Shown: piece by piece, positions 1 through 12,900 of the stretch
How the letters are laid out: every line of letters starts with the position of its first letter
Numbering within the stretch: the stretch's first letter is position 1
Assembly: GCA_950097015.1 (NCBI GenBank)
Contig: CATNEN010000003.1
Coordinates: 8,618,001-8,682,000, forward strand
Length of the DNA: 64,000 bases
Reading direction: 5' to 3'
DNA from: Macrostomum hystrix
Lineage: Eukaryota > Animalia > Platyhelminthes
Notes under the pieces: model-generated
Databases searched by the model: none
What the model was told of the DNA's origin: nothing
Seen by the model: only the letters and a program-made list of their open reading frames with translations
Made by a program: the position numbers and the translations under genes

Positions 1-579
1 GGGATCAAATTCTCAGATCACCTAATTCTATAGACTAATATAACTGCTAAAATGTCTTCTAAAAGAAATTCTTAGACAGACGGCCAGTGGGCGGGGATGA
101 ATCTCGGGGAGGGTTTGAGTCGTGTCTCCTGAAGCAGGTGTGCTCAAACTATTATAGCAGCTCAAAATCCTCCAACCCACCCCAGATCAAAGCCCGCAGC
201 AATGCCCACAGGCATATAAATTGAGTTTATTCTCACTGATATGAATGGACACCGGTTGATCCTCTAGTTTGATATCGCAATCTTCCTCAAAACTCTCTCC
301 CTGTCTCCCTGTCTGTCTTCACTTTCCGATTCCCTTTTCAGCCCCGTGAGGATACGCAGTCGGATGTCCAGTAATTATATCCCAATTTTGTAGCAGAAAG
401 GGAGAATAATGGCAATAAAATAGCTGGGAATCGGGTCATCAGATCAAACACGCAGGTCGCATGAAATCCCAGTTACAAATAAATCTACTGTGGAAAATAC
501 TCTGCTCGTCGATTTTTGAATTAGTCAGAAAAAAATGAAAATAATTGCAGGAGGGCTGCGGGCAATGGCACATCATTTG

Positions 580-895
580 GTGACACTAGACCTGCAGCCA
601 GCGAGGAGGCAATTCTGCCCATTCCGCTGACTCCTGAGCACACACGCACACAGATACTGTACGCAGGCACACGCTCACACAGGTGTGTACATCTGCCCTG
701 ACTTTCTCATCGTCAGGCATTGAACACCCTCACTGTGCCTTGGAGGTTGGTCCTCAGTAGCGTAAATTGCACGACAAGCCCCCAAAGCCTTCTCTACGCG
801 GCTGCGCCCCAAATTAATGTGGCCTCGCCGCGGAATCGAGCTCAGGGACCTTGGCGCGAGAGGCAAAAGCGCCAACCGATCTGCCACCGACCCCC
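580..895 (-). mobile_element. tRNA-derived SINE, family A
   Basis: Minus strand reads ggggtcggTGGCAGATCGG..GCTCGATTCC (A/B-box-like), followed by a body (ggcgaggccaca..gcagccgcg.agagaaggctt..ccaacctccaaggcacagtgag..gagaaagtcagggcagatgtac) shared with copies at ~21565, ~40809 and a fragment at 20738. Confidence 0.75.
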
Positions 896-1459
896 TACTC
901 AGTCAGTAAAAGAAAGCCAAAACTTCAGGTTAAACTTGCTTCGACTCAAAGGCAAAAATTATTTCTAGTGTGATTGGCTTTTTCCATTTGTTGAAGCAGA
1001 AGACGCCAGGTGCAGCAGCCAGATGCCCTTCATTCCGCCTCCGGGTTTGGGGCGGAAATCTTCTCAACTGCGCAGGAGTCGGCCCAGTTTCATTTCGTCC
1101 CCATCGCAGTTCCATCAATACACGCACAGAATGCACACTTCACTGAGCACAGGAGAATTGACAAAAAACTCTGACACCGAAATAAGCAGCACTGGAGCCA
1201 ATAATTTGATGGCAAACAAAGGCATAAAGATCTGAGTTCCCCTATATGCGAAATATCCATCACTTTCTTCAACAAAAAGTGTCAACTCATGATTAGAGTG
1301 TAGCAGACAGTGATCTAAAATAATTACAGAATTTTCTTAATCAAAATTAAACGGCATTGTTTTATCGGATAGCAGAATCCCCCGTCAGGCTGAAAAGCAA
1401 AGGGCTGTAAAAACTGCTAAGTATCTGGACCCTGACCCCTTCCAACACTTGCTATCGTT

Positions 1460-2405
1460 CGTCTCATCTCTCCCTTGTCTCATCTCTCCCTTGTCTCACC
1501 TCTCCCGAGTCTCATCTCTCCCGAGTCTCATCTCTCCCGTGTCTTATCTCTCCCATGTCTCATCTCTCCCTTATCTCATCTCTCCCTTATCTCATCTCTC
1601 CCGTGTCTCATCTCTCCCTGTTTCATCTCTCCCTTGTCTCACCTCTCCCGAGTCTCATCTCTCCCGTGTCTTATCTCTCCCGTGTCTCAGCACTCCCGTG
1701 TCTCATCTCTCCCGAGTCTCATCTCTCCCGAGTCTCATCTCTCCCGTGTCTCATCTCTCCCTGTTTCATCTCTCCCTTGTCTCACCTCTCCCGAGTCTCA
1801 TCTCTCCCGTGTCTTATCTCTCCCGTGTCTCATCTCTCCCTGTCTCATCTCTCCCTGTCTCATCCCTCTCCTGTCTCATCCATCCCTTGTCTCATCTCTC
1901 CCGTGTCTCATCTCTCCCTGTTTCATCTCTCCCTGTCTCAACTCTCTCATGTGCCATCTCTCCCCTGTCTCACCTCTCCCCTGTCTCATCTCTCCCCTGT
2001 CTCATCTCTCCCTTGTCTCACCTCTCCCGAGTCTCATCTCTCCCGTGTCTTATCTCTCCCGTGTCTCATCTCTCCCCTGTCTCACCTCTCCCCTGTCTCA
2101 TGTCTCCCTGTCTCATCTCTCCCTGTCTCAACTCTCCCCTGTCTTATCTCTCCCATGACTTATCTCTCCCCTGTCTCATCTCTCTCCTGTCTCATCTCTC
2201 CCATGTCTCATCTCTCTCCTGTCTCATCTCTCCCATGTCTCATCTCTCCCCAGTATCATCTCTCCCTGTCTCATCTCTCCCTGTCTCAACTCTCCCCTGT
2301 CTTATCTCTCCCATGACTTATCTCTCCCTGTCTCATCTTGATCTTTCTCATCTCTCCACAGTCTCATCTCTCCCCTGTCTCATCTCTCCCCAGTATCATC
2401 TCTCG
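1460..2405. repeat. 16-nt minisatellite (GTCTCATCTCTCCCGT)n, family S16
   Basis: Direct tandem repetition with variants; explains spurious ORFs 1449/1475/1555. Confidence 0.95.
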
Positions 2406-2894
2406 CGTTTATATCCCGTGCAAAGCTTAAATCTCCAGTTTTTCTGCCCGAATGGAAACACATGCATTAAAATTTGTAGTAAAAATCTAGATCTTTACAA
2501 ACAAAGAATATTCGGCAAAGTGAGCAAGATTTTAAATTGAGCAACTCATAGCAACTCACAAGCGCGTGCTCATTCACCTGCCCAACTCTTAACCACAGAA
2601 AAAAAACTAAACAAAAAAATAAGTTCTCAACAAAGCCGCCGACGATGCCTTGACACCTCGCCCTGACACCTAGGTGAGCAGCTGTTACTGCTCAGAGCCA
2701 CACTTTCACCCCTAACATCTCAACAATGAGCCTCCCTAATATTGATAGAACAGTTTAGTGCTGACAAATAGCTTATGCCTGGAGGGTTTATTGAAATGTT
2801 GACACCTTCGCTTAACTGCCGTCTTACAGTCACTTTCAGATTGATAAAAAGTTGATAAGTTTAAAACATGCTAAACAATCAATAAGAGAAAACA

Positions 2895-3290
2895 ACAGGA
2901 TAAGACAGAGGAGAGAGGAGACACGGCAGAGATGAGACAGGGGAGATATGAGACACGGAAGAGATGATATACGGAAGAGATGAGACACGGGAGGAATGGG
3001 ACAGGGAGAGATAAAACATGGGAGAGATGAGACAGGGAGAGATAAGACATGGGAGAGATAAGACAGGGAGAATTAATACTGTGTAGAGATTAGACAGAGG
3101 AGAGATGGGACAAGGGAGAGATGAGACTGTGGAGAGATGAGACATGGGAGAGATGAGATAGGGAGAGATAAGATATGGGAGAGATGAGACAGGGAGAATT
3201 AATACTGTGTAGAGATTAGACAGAGGAGAGATGGGACAAGGGAGAGATGAGACTGTGGAGAGATGGGACAAGGGAGAGATGAGACAGGAC
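2895..3290. repeat. S16 minisatellite in opposite orientation (GAGACAGGGAGAGAT-like)
   Basis: Reverse complement of the 1460-2405 unit, more degenerate. Confidence 0.9.
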
Positions 3291-3805
3291 AGTGTTTGGA
3301 AGGGCCCAGTTATTTACAAGCATTGTGGACAGAAGTGTGGGAACCCCAGTAAAATAAAACACGGAACGACTGCTGCACCTATAATTATAGTAAAGCACCT
3401 GAGATAGAATTCAATGATGAACAGTGCCTGGGATTTCATCAATCTATCTGACAGCTATCTGAAGATGATGCGGAAAATTTTTCAGCTCAATTAGACTCGG
3501 TGCTTCTAGGAAATCTGACACTCACAAGATCATCCCACACCAGTTTATAATAAGAGGCTGCAGCGAAGGAAATGAGGCACACGCGATTATATAATTATGA
3601 AGGACAATAATTCTGAGCATTTGATGCGGTCTCAAATTATGCTCATCACACTTTGAAATTCTACTTGAGACTCTATTTATATGCATATATTAAACAGACA
3701 CAAACACAGCTATAATGATAATGACGCAACAGCTATTTGCACACACAAACAGCACAGCCTCTTGTAGAATTGGCTAACAGACTACTTTTAGGGTGGGCCT
3801 GATAA

Positions 3806-4692
3806 GGGTGGGTGATAGAACGCGGGTTAGGTGGGTGATAGAACACGGATTTGGTGGGTGATAGAACACGGATTTGGTGGGTGATAGAACACGGATTTGG
3901 TGGGTGATAGAACACGGATTTGGTGGGTGATAGAACACGGATTTGGTGGGTGATAGAACAAGGATTTGGTGGGTGATAGAACACGGATTTGGTGGGTGAT
4001 AGAACACGCATTTGGTGGGTGATAGAACACGCATTTGGTGGGTGATAGAACACGCATTTGGTGGGTGATAGAACACGGATTTGGTGGGTGATAGAACACG
4101 GATTTGGTGGGTGATAGAACACGCATTTGGTGGGTGATAGAACACGGAATTGGTGGGTGATAGAACACGGATTTGGTGGGTGATAGAACACGGATTTGGT
4201 GGGTGATAGAACACGGATTTGGTGGGTGATAGAACAAGGATTTGGTGGGTGATAGAACACGCATTTGGTGGGTGATAGAACACGCATTTGGTGGGTGATA
4301 GAACACGCATTTGGTGGGTGATAGAACACGCATTTGGTGGGTGATAGAACACGGATTTGGTGGGTGATAGAACACGCATTTGGTGGGTGATAGAACACGG
4401 AATTGGTGGGTGATAGAACACGGAATTGGTGGGTGATAGAACACGGATTTGGTGGGTGATAGAACACGGATTTGGTGGGTGATAGCACACGGATTTGGTG
4501 GGTGATAGAACACGGATTTGGTGGGTGATAGAACACGCATTTGGTGGGTGATAGAACGCGGGTTAGGTGGGTGATAGAACACGCATTTGGTGGGTGATAG
4601 AACACGCATTTGGTGGGTGATAGAACACCCATTTGGTGGGTGATAGAACACCCATTTGGTGGGTGATAGAACACCCATTTGGTGGGTGATAG
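3806..4692. repeat. 23-nt minisatellite (GGTGGGTGATAGAACACGGATTT)n
   Basis: About 38 tandem units seen directly. Confidence 0.97.
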
Positions 4693-4799
4693 TACACAGA
4701 TTACAGGGTGCTAATACACTATTATAGAGCAAGTATAGTTAGGCCAGATGAATATGAACAGTGATGCAATGGTGTTTGTTACATGGTGTTTCCAATTGC

Positions 4800-5005
4800 T
4801 GTGTACAGTCCATGGACTTGTAAGGCTGCTGCAGCGCCATTCAAAATCCTACCACATGCTTGTATCCATTGTAGAGCTGTGTAAACTCAAGCGATTCGCT
4901 TTGTTTAGCGTCTTGCTCAAGGACGCTACATTGGTGTATTTAGGCGGAGATTCGAACTCCGGACCTGTCATATAAGATTTCGAAGCTCTTTGACTAATAG
5001 GCTAC
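4800..5005 (-). mobile_element. degenerate tRNA-derived SINE (family B-like)
   Basis: Minus-strand B box GAGTTCGAATCTCC near 4945-4960, and the terminal cagtccatggact motif shared with the 5110 and 20728 copies. Confidence 0.5.
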
Positions 5006-5109
5006 AAAGGATTTGTATTGTACCATTTTTGTGTTCACGGCTGCAAAATCACATAGTTTTTATCTAAATCTCAGCACTGCAGCACAGATCTGAATGCTGA
5101 GTACGACTG

Positions 5110-5274
5110 TTCAGTCCATGGACTGGAGGGATGCCACACCATCCCTCAATTCCAACAGCTAATTAAAGTGCCTTAGACCACAAGGATGTATATTGTACCT
5201 TGGAAGTCGGGAATCGAACTCGCGACCTTGAAGTCGCGATCGTCTGACGTCCTAACCACAAGACTATAGCTCCC
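5110..5274 (-). mobile_element. tRNA-derived SINE, family B
   Basis: Minus strand: gggagctatagtcttgtggttaggacgtcagac..GAGTTCGATTCCC..aaggcactttaatt..cagtccatggactg; similar to ~48775-48935 and ~20560-20740. Confidence 0.65.
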
Positions 5275-8258
5275 ATTCTACTTGTTATTAGCTAGAACAT
5301 ACAGATTTGAAAATAATTTAAATTTATGATTTATGATTTATAAATTCGAAATTTATGAATATACAGAAAGGTCCACATACAGTTTACAACCCACTGTGTG
5401 ATGTTTATTGTAAGAACTGTGTTGACTTTCACTGTAGAGGCCATGATCTTACAGCAATCTGATCAAGCCGCCATCAAACCTTTTATGATCAGCGAAACGA
5501 AAGTTTTAAATTAATCGAGTATTTTCATTTGAATGTGAGCCAGTGGCGAGCATATTTTATACAGATATTAATTGGGTTGAAATTGAGGAATTAAATAGCG
5601 AAAAAAATTGCACGCCTCATTGAAATCTTTAGGGGAATATTTCAAGTTTAAATATCCTTATGCTGCAATAGACAAAGTCTAACATGCAGAAATCTATATT
5701 TATTCCTAGTTGCGATGGCGGTAGCAACTGTGTCTATAACCATCGATAGGGATAAGTGTGTGCAACGGTTCATAGTCTGTTAACTCCTTGAACTCTCACA
5801 ATCTCTCTTCATCTCTTGGACAAAGACAACAGCAGAGAGTTGAGAATTAGCCTCGTTTAGGCCGGACTAAGACCTGATAGCTTTGAAGACTTGAGTAGGG
5901 AAAATGAGCAACAAAGACTTGCTCAGAGAATTAAGCGGATCGTCTGTGAAACACCCGTGGGTGTGGCATCCGCCTATACCGCTCGCTAGGACCCCCTGCA
6001 GCAATGTCCGCGGCCACGCAATCACAGATCAGATCAGACAGATTTCGCTTGATTAGATTCCGCGAATCATGTGTCTCAGAGAATCATTATCAATATCCCC
6101 GTCTTAGCTTAGAACAATAATTATCTAATGATTATGAGCATTTGTAGCGGTTCCAGAGTGTTTCTAAAAATCTTCAAAATTTTCAAATGCTAGAGAACCG
6201 TCTGCTTGAGTCTCACGGTTTCACATTGATCAGGACCAACGAATTTTTTCTCACAGTTTTCAATCAAGGAACAAAATTCTGTTCGGAACACTCTGGAATC
6301 AAGAGTTTTCTATCGACTGCTTCTATACCTAGACAGATAAAAAACTATATCAATTCAAATCAGATTTAGCTATTCAGTCCGTGGACTGGGTATAGGCCGC
6401 CGTACAGCTGGTAAACTGCTTAAGACATTCGAATCGCTTTTCACAGCAGTTAACAAAAGTTTAAGCATAATTTTAGGTTTTAGAAAACAATTAGCAAAGT
6501 AAAACGCATGAAAAGTAAGGTTTTGTAATCAATGAGCAATAAAAAATGTTAAATCGATTGATCATAAAAAAATTTCATGTCGCAGACAAAAATATTTGGT
6601 TATGCAAAAAACTAACGATTGCCAAAAAGCAATTGAAATAAGTTTCTCACAAAAAATTCATTTCAATTGTTAGAAACAAGCTAAATGATCTTCTTGATAT
6701 AAATCTGCATACAGATTGATAATAATAAAAAGACAAGGCAAAATTGTTACAACAACCTAACCTACTCGTAGTAGTATTATAAAAATATGCAAAGCCAAAA
6801 GCTTAAAATTAAAAGTAAAAATGTTAAAATGAAAAAGCACGGCAATAACTTCTGTATTTTATGAGCTGAAGCAAGCAAATCAGTTTTTCAAAATTGCATC
6901 CATATAGTCTAAAAGTCTCGAACATATTTTCTGGAGCGCTAGTACATGAGCGCAAAATTCTAGCTATTGATTGGTTATAGTGAAATTTGAATTATTTGAA
7001 CGCAAAGTGAGCTCGCAAGTAGGCCTACAGAAAACTTGTGCGTTTGAAAAAACAGAATTCTAATATATTACGTTGCTGCGTTCTGTATTTATAAGTTTTT
7101 ATTTAAAAGTTAAAACAGCACGACATTATCATTGCCATTGCCATTGCCATTGGATCTCACAGACGGGTGCAGAGATTGCCGAGAAGTGAGAGGAGTAGGA
7201 GGTGCCTTACAGTAAATGCACACGTACTGTTTCAGACCTAGATTCTAATGTTAGGCCTACTATGGCTCATGTTAATTTCATTTGTGTCATGCTATTTATT
7301 TATGCTTCCTGGCTATTTATTGAATAGGGCCTATTGATGAGCATTGATTATGTGATATCAGTTAGCACTGTTTATGACTAGGCCTATGTTCAAGTTTAAA
7401 ATATTTGTAAATTAGGCCTAGTCTAGTTTTACTCTCACCAATGTTGAGCTAGACCTATGCCTAGGCCTATTATTGAATACTTAGGGCCTAAGGAAAAGAA
7501 GTCTCATCAGATTCCCAACTCTCTAACAACAGCCTTGTTGGCCAATTGATAGGCCTACAACCTTTAATTTTCATAGGCTAGGCCTACTCAGAACCCATTC
7601 CTTAAAATAGAAAAAGTAACTATTTGGATTTTTTCTTAAGTATATTTTCTAATATTTCTATAAAGAAAGAATTTGTAGTTGCCCACTAAGAGAAATCCTG
7701 AGTCTGAGAACCTAAGTCTAAGAAACAATTTTGTAGCTTTGTTGCTGCTCTAGTAGAGTAAGAGTCTAGACCCCGGCCACCAATCTCATGTCTACCTACC
7801 CAAGCTAGCTATCCTAGGCACTAGCACTATCCTATAGAAGACCATCAGTTAGGGCCTACTCCCTACTGAACCCTTGCCTTATCCCACCCTGGCTTTAGCA
7901 GTTTTGGTCCTTTGACCTATACCTCTATGGTAATAGCTAGGCCAATGCTAAACTTAGGCTAGGGGCATGGTTTCCATGCCCATAAGCTACAAAATTTTAG
8001 ACAAGGCAGCTATGTATTATTGCTGTGTATTGCTCATGTTTATTATATATTATTAATTATGAAATAAATTCATTTTATTAAGGAACATAGGTAAAACCAA
8101 GTTTTGGTCTATAAAACATGTTCTAAAATAAAAAAGTTGATTGTGTTATTTCATTCTACTATATTCAACTGCTAAACTCTAATCTTTGGAAATTATTTGT
8201 ATAGAAACCTAACAAAAATGTCATAATAATAGTCTAATTGTGATCTATTCAATCTATC

Positions 8259-8813
8259 CCATAGTCCGGATCATGTTGTTTACGCCGGAGATCTCCAGCG
8301 TAAATCTGGTTTGGGATCGGAGGCTGGCGTAAGTGCTTGGCGTAAGTATAGGCCAAAATGTGCTTTGGCGTAAGTGCTTGGCGTAAGTACATGGCATAAA
8401 TCAAGTGGTGTAAATGTTAGCACAAATGAGATCATTCACGATCAAATGTATCACTATAGAACATAACACATTTGCGTTAATTATGATGTTAAGGAGCAGC
8501 ATTAAAACAAAGTTCATTAAAATATTGCAGTTCGTATAAATGAGATAGCAGAATATCTATTGTAGGATAGCAAAAGTTTTTTAGCTTTAAGATGCTTACT
8601 TTGATACTTGATTCAGAATTTGCAACTTGTGAGATTTTTAAACAGTTGCAACTTCTGAATTTAATTAATCACCGATTAACAAGAATTGTGAAGGACCTTT
8701 TTTGGGTGGCGTAAGTCAGAGGGACCTTTTTTTGGTTGGCGTAAGTCTGGCATAAGTGCCAAAAAATGTTGGATTTTTCCTCCGGCGTAAGTCCAGCATG
8801 ATCCGGACTATGG
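8259..8813. mobile_element. non-autonomous TIR DNA transposon (MITE) with 8-bp TSD (hAT/P-like)
   Basis: TIR CCATAGTCCGGATCATG..TTACGCCGGAG / CTCCGGCGTAA..CATGATCCGGACTATGG; perfect TSD AATCTATC at 8251-8258 and 8814-8821; subterminal GGCGTAAGT repeats. Confidence 0.9.
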
Positions 8814-9967
8814 AATCTATCATGATCTATCATCCCAAATCATAGCAGCTCTCATTTGTAACATTAGTTTCACAAATTTAATGTTACTTAAATTACCAAT
8901 TGTTATAACATAACAGCTTAGCAACAATCATATAGAGCATATGATCTGCTTTGTGAAAGTTGCATAGTTGGTAGTATAGAATGCTCTTTCATGACAGTCC
9001 ATAGGTGTACAGAGTTCATATTGTAACAATGAGATTAGTGCTCTTTTGGTAATCTTTTGATTTAGAATCTTCAGAATGGGATTCCTTAGATTAGTATTCT
9101 TGAGATTAGGATTATATGTATTAGGATTATTTTATTTAGAACCATTTTTTACCTTTCTTTACTTTCTTGAGTGCACAGACTATTTTTCTGCAGCTTATAT
9201 AAAATTCAATGTTGATCGGCTCAGCTCTATCAAGTTAAATCCATTCAATAGAAGCTGGGCACTGACAAGGCCCCGGGGCTGTGTTTTTTGTATGCTATTT
9301 ACATTACTTTATATTTACACTATACTAAAAAGACTGAAATTAATTTTCATTAAGAAGCATCTATTTTTGTTGTCCTTTTCTATTTTCTGCTACATTATAA
9401 AGGTAAGAAATTTTTGTAAGGCATGCTATCTGCTGCTATTTTCAAAGGTTAGGCCTGATGCTATTTGCTTTTTAAGTTTCAATTTCATGGGTCACATCCA
9501 TGATGAATGAGAGCTTACTTATCACTGTAGATAGATCACTGTAGAATGTATTGAAGCTAGCTGATATTTTGTGTCTGCATGGCGAGGGGAGTTTATTGAC
9601 TGGCAAGGTGGCATTGCAGGACAATAGGACTTGCAAGGGGGTATTTAAGAGGCTAGCAATGGGGTTACTGCTCAGGTAGCCTGATGTAAGAATTTTATTT
9701 GTCCGCTAGGGGGTGTACAAAGGGGCTTTGGTTCTTAGTATGCAAGCATCAATTGGCTCTCTACTTTTCAGCTACAGGTGGCTTTGATGCACTAAATGGA
9801 GGGCAAAGTCGGATAAGCTTGTCATTGTTTTGCCGCTAAATGGGTTGTCTGCTGGAGAAGATTTGCTTTTATCCCATTTGAGAACTATGTTTGGGCCACC
9901 CGCAATGGGGCTAAATAGCTAGTCCATCCACCTATACTAAATATTTTTTGCTCGTGTATACTTGCAG

Positions 9968-12900
9968 GATAGCTTGCTTAAGCCACACTTTTGTAACAAG
10001 GAAGCTATTGCTGACAATCAGCCGGACACTAAAGATTTAAAAGATAAAGAAGAAGAAGAGAATGAAGAAGAGGAGTTAGAAGAAGATGCTGACGAAGAAG
10101 AAGATGATAACGACGACGACAAGCCGCCATCTGAGCTGCTGCCAGAGCTGTCCGCTTGGCAGGCTTCAGTCACTGAAGCATTTGACAGCCGTCACCTACC
10201 AGGTAGTGTCTGGCCAGCATTTTTAGCTGGCAAATTGGCTAGCCTAGTTAAGAAGCTGCCGCATTATGTGGCCGGGCACTACGCCAGACGAGCGAAGACT
10301 CTGTTGGCAACAAGTGAAGAAGACCCAGCCTCACATTTAGTCTATCTAATACTAGCCGAATTGCGAATGTATAACATGCTGGAAAGCAATGATTGCTACC
10401 TGCTGTCTGCCGAGGTTTGTACTTTTACTCAACTCAATTTTTGCTATTGTTAAACTGTTAAAATAATAGGATTTTGCGGTTCTTATCTACTCATAAGTTT
10501 AATCAGTAGATAACACAATTCCCATCTGAATGGGATCAGTAGATGACACAGTTCCTATCTGAATGGGATCCGTAGATGACAGTTCCTATCTGAATGGGAT
10601 CCGTAGATGACAGTTCCTATCTGAATGGGATCCGTAGATGACACAGTTCCTATCTGAATGGGATCAGTAGATGACACAGTTCCTATCTGAATGAGATCCG
10701 TAGATGACAGTTCCTATCTGAATGGGATCCGTAGATGACAGTTCCTATCTGAATGGGATCCGTAGATGACACAGTTCCTATCTGAATGGGATCAGTAGAT
10801 GACACAGTTCCTATCTGAATGAGATCCGTAGATGACAGTTCCTATCTGAATGGGATCAGTAGATGACACAGTTCCTATCTGAATGGGATCAGTAGATGAC
10901 ACAGTTCCTATCTGAATGGGATCAGTAGATGACACAGTTCCCATCTGAATGGGATCCGTAGATGACAGTTCCTATCTGAATGGGATCAGTAGATGACACA
11001 GTTCCTATCTGATTGGGATCAGTAGATGACACAGTTCCTATCTGAATGGGATCAGTAGATGACACAGTTCCTATCTGATTGGGATCAGTAGATGACACAG
11101 TTCCTATCTGAATGGGATCCGTAGATGACAGTTCCTATCTGAATGGGATCCGTAGATGACACAGTTCCTATCTGAATGGGATCAGTAGATGACACAGTTC
11201 CTATCTGAATGGGATCAGTAGATGACACAGTTCCTATCTGAATGGGATCAGTAGATGACACAGTTCCCATCTGAATGGGATCCGTAGATGACAGTTCCTA
11301 TCTGAATGGGATCAGTAGATGACACAGTTCCTATCTGATTGGGATCAGTAGATGACACAGTTCCTATCTGAATGGGATCAGTAGATGACACAGTTCCTAT
11401 CTGATTGGGATCAGTAGATGACACAGTTCCTATCTGAATGGGATCCGTAGATGACAGTTCCTATCTGAATGGGATCCGTAGATGACACAGTTCCTATCTG
11501 AATGGGATCAGTAGATGACACAGTTCCTATCTGAATGGGATCAGTAGATGACACAGTTCCTATCTGAATGGGATCAGTAGATGACACAGTTCCTATCTGA
11601 ATGGGATCAGTAGATGACACAATTCCTATCTGAATGGGATCAGTAGATGACACAGTTCCTATCTGAATGGGATCAGTAGATGACACAGTTCCTATCTGAA
11701 TGGGATCAGTAGATGACACAGTTCCTATCTGAATGGGATCCGTAGATGACACAGTTCCTATCTGAATGGGATCAGTAGATGACACAGTTCCTATCTGAAT
11801 GGGATCAGTAGATGACACAGTTCCTATCTGAATGGGATCAGTAGATGACACAGTTCCTATCTGAATGGGATCCGTAGATGACAGTTCCTATCTGAATGGG
11901 ATCAGTAGATGACACAGTTCCTATCTGATTGGGATCAGTAGATGACACAGTTCCTATCTGAATGGGATCAGTAGATGACACAGTTCCTATCTGAATGGGA
12001 TCAGTAGATGACACAGTTCCTATCTGATTGGGATCAGTAGATGACACAGTTCCTATCTGAATGGGATCAGTAGATGACACAGTTCCTATCTGAATGGGAT
12101 CCGTAGATGACAGTTCCTATCTGAATGGGATCCGTAGATGACACAGTTCCTATCTGAATGGGATCAGTAGATGACACAGTTCCTATCTGAATGGGATCAG
12201 TAGATGACACAGTTCCTATCTGAATGGGATCCGTAGATGACAGTTCCTATCTGAATGGGATCAGTAGATGACACAGTTCCTATCTGATTGGGATCAGTAG
12301 ATGACACAGTTCCTATCTGAATGGGATCAGTAGATGACACAGTTCCTATCTGAATGGGATCAGTAGATGACGCAGTTCCTATCTGATTGGGATCAGTAGA
12401 TGACACAGTTCCTATCTGATTGGGATCAGTAGATGACACAGTTCCTATCTGAATGGGATCAGTAGATGACACAGTTCCTATCTGAATGGGATCAGTAGAA
12501 CACAGAAAAAATCTGAATGGCATCAGCAGATTCTGAAAGCTCCCAATCTTTCTATCTCCACCCAGGTGACGTCAGTGACGCATGCGCAGACTCATGCGTT
12601 GGCTCTGTGTCTCAGTGTGTGCGCCCTGCTCCGCGGCAGCTACCTGTTGAAGGACAACGGTCAGAGGCGATTCCGTCCAGATCCTAACATGATTGTCAAA
12701 AGGCTAGAGAAAGTGTTAGAATTGGCTTTAGTTTTGCCTGGTTCAGTCTCTGTCGCCTTAGCGGACGCTTTGAATCATTTGAACGCCTCTTCGAAGCCTG
12801 GCTTGTCATTTGGTCCGGCTGGTCCTTTGGATGCTCTGCGCTGCTTGGAATCCGACTGTTTGCCCGCATTACGCCTGGCCGCTCTCCGCCAGATCTGCCC

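Noticed and set aside
695-720. Hammerhead-like CTGACGA..GAAA in SINE family A (also ~20742 and ~21740)
   Set aside because: Only 3 nt separate CUGANGA from GAAA, leaving no stem II; the segment instead forms a simple CCTGAC/GTCAGG hairpin.
1449-4732. Long ORFs (SHLSRVSSLPCLISP.., HPPNPCSITHQ..), and similar ones at 11085-12523, 13573-14042, 15334-16575, 45080-46210, 53026-54067, 55346-58945
   Set aside because: They are translations of minisatellites, often open in several frames, and many lie in introns.
5200-5274. tRNA genes at the A/B-box sites (also ~850, 21570, 40810, 48790)
   Set aside because: There is no complete cloverleaf, and each continues into a shared repeat body, so these are SINE heads.
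9076-9510. 144-aa hydrophobic ORF upstream of the kinase
   Set aside because: AT-rich, low-complexity composition with no motif and no convincing splice link to the kinase.
10503-12530. CRISPR-like appearance of the 28-35 nt repeat arrays
   Set aside because: The units are contiguous with no unique spacers, there are no cas genes, and the context is eukaryotic.
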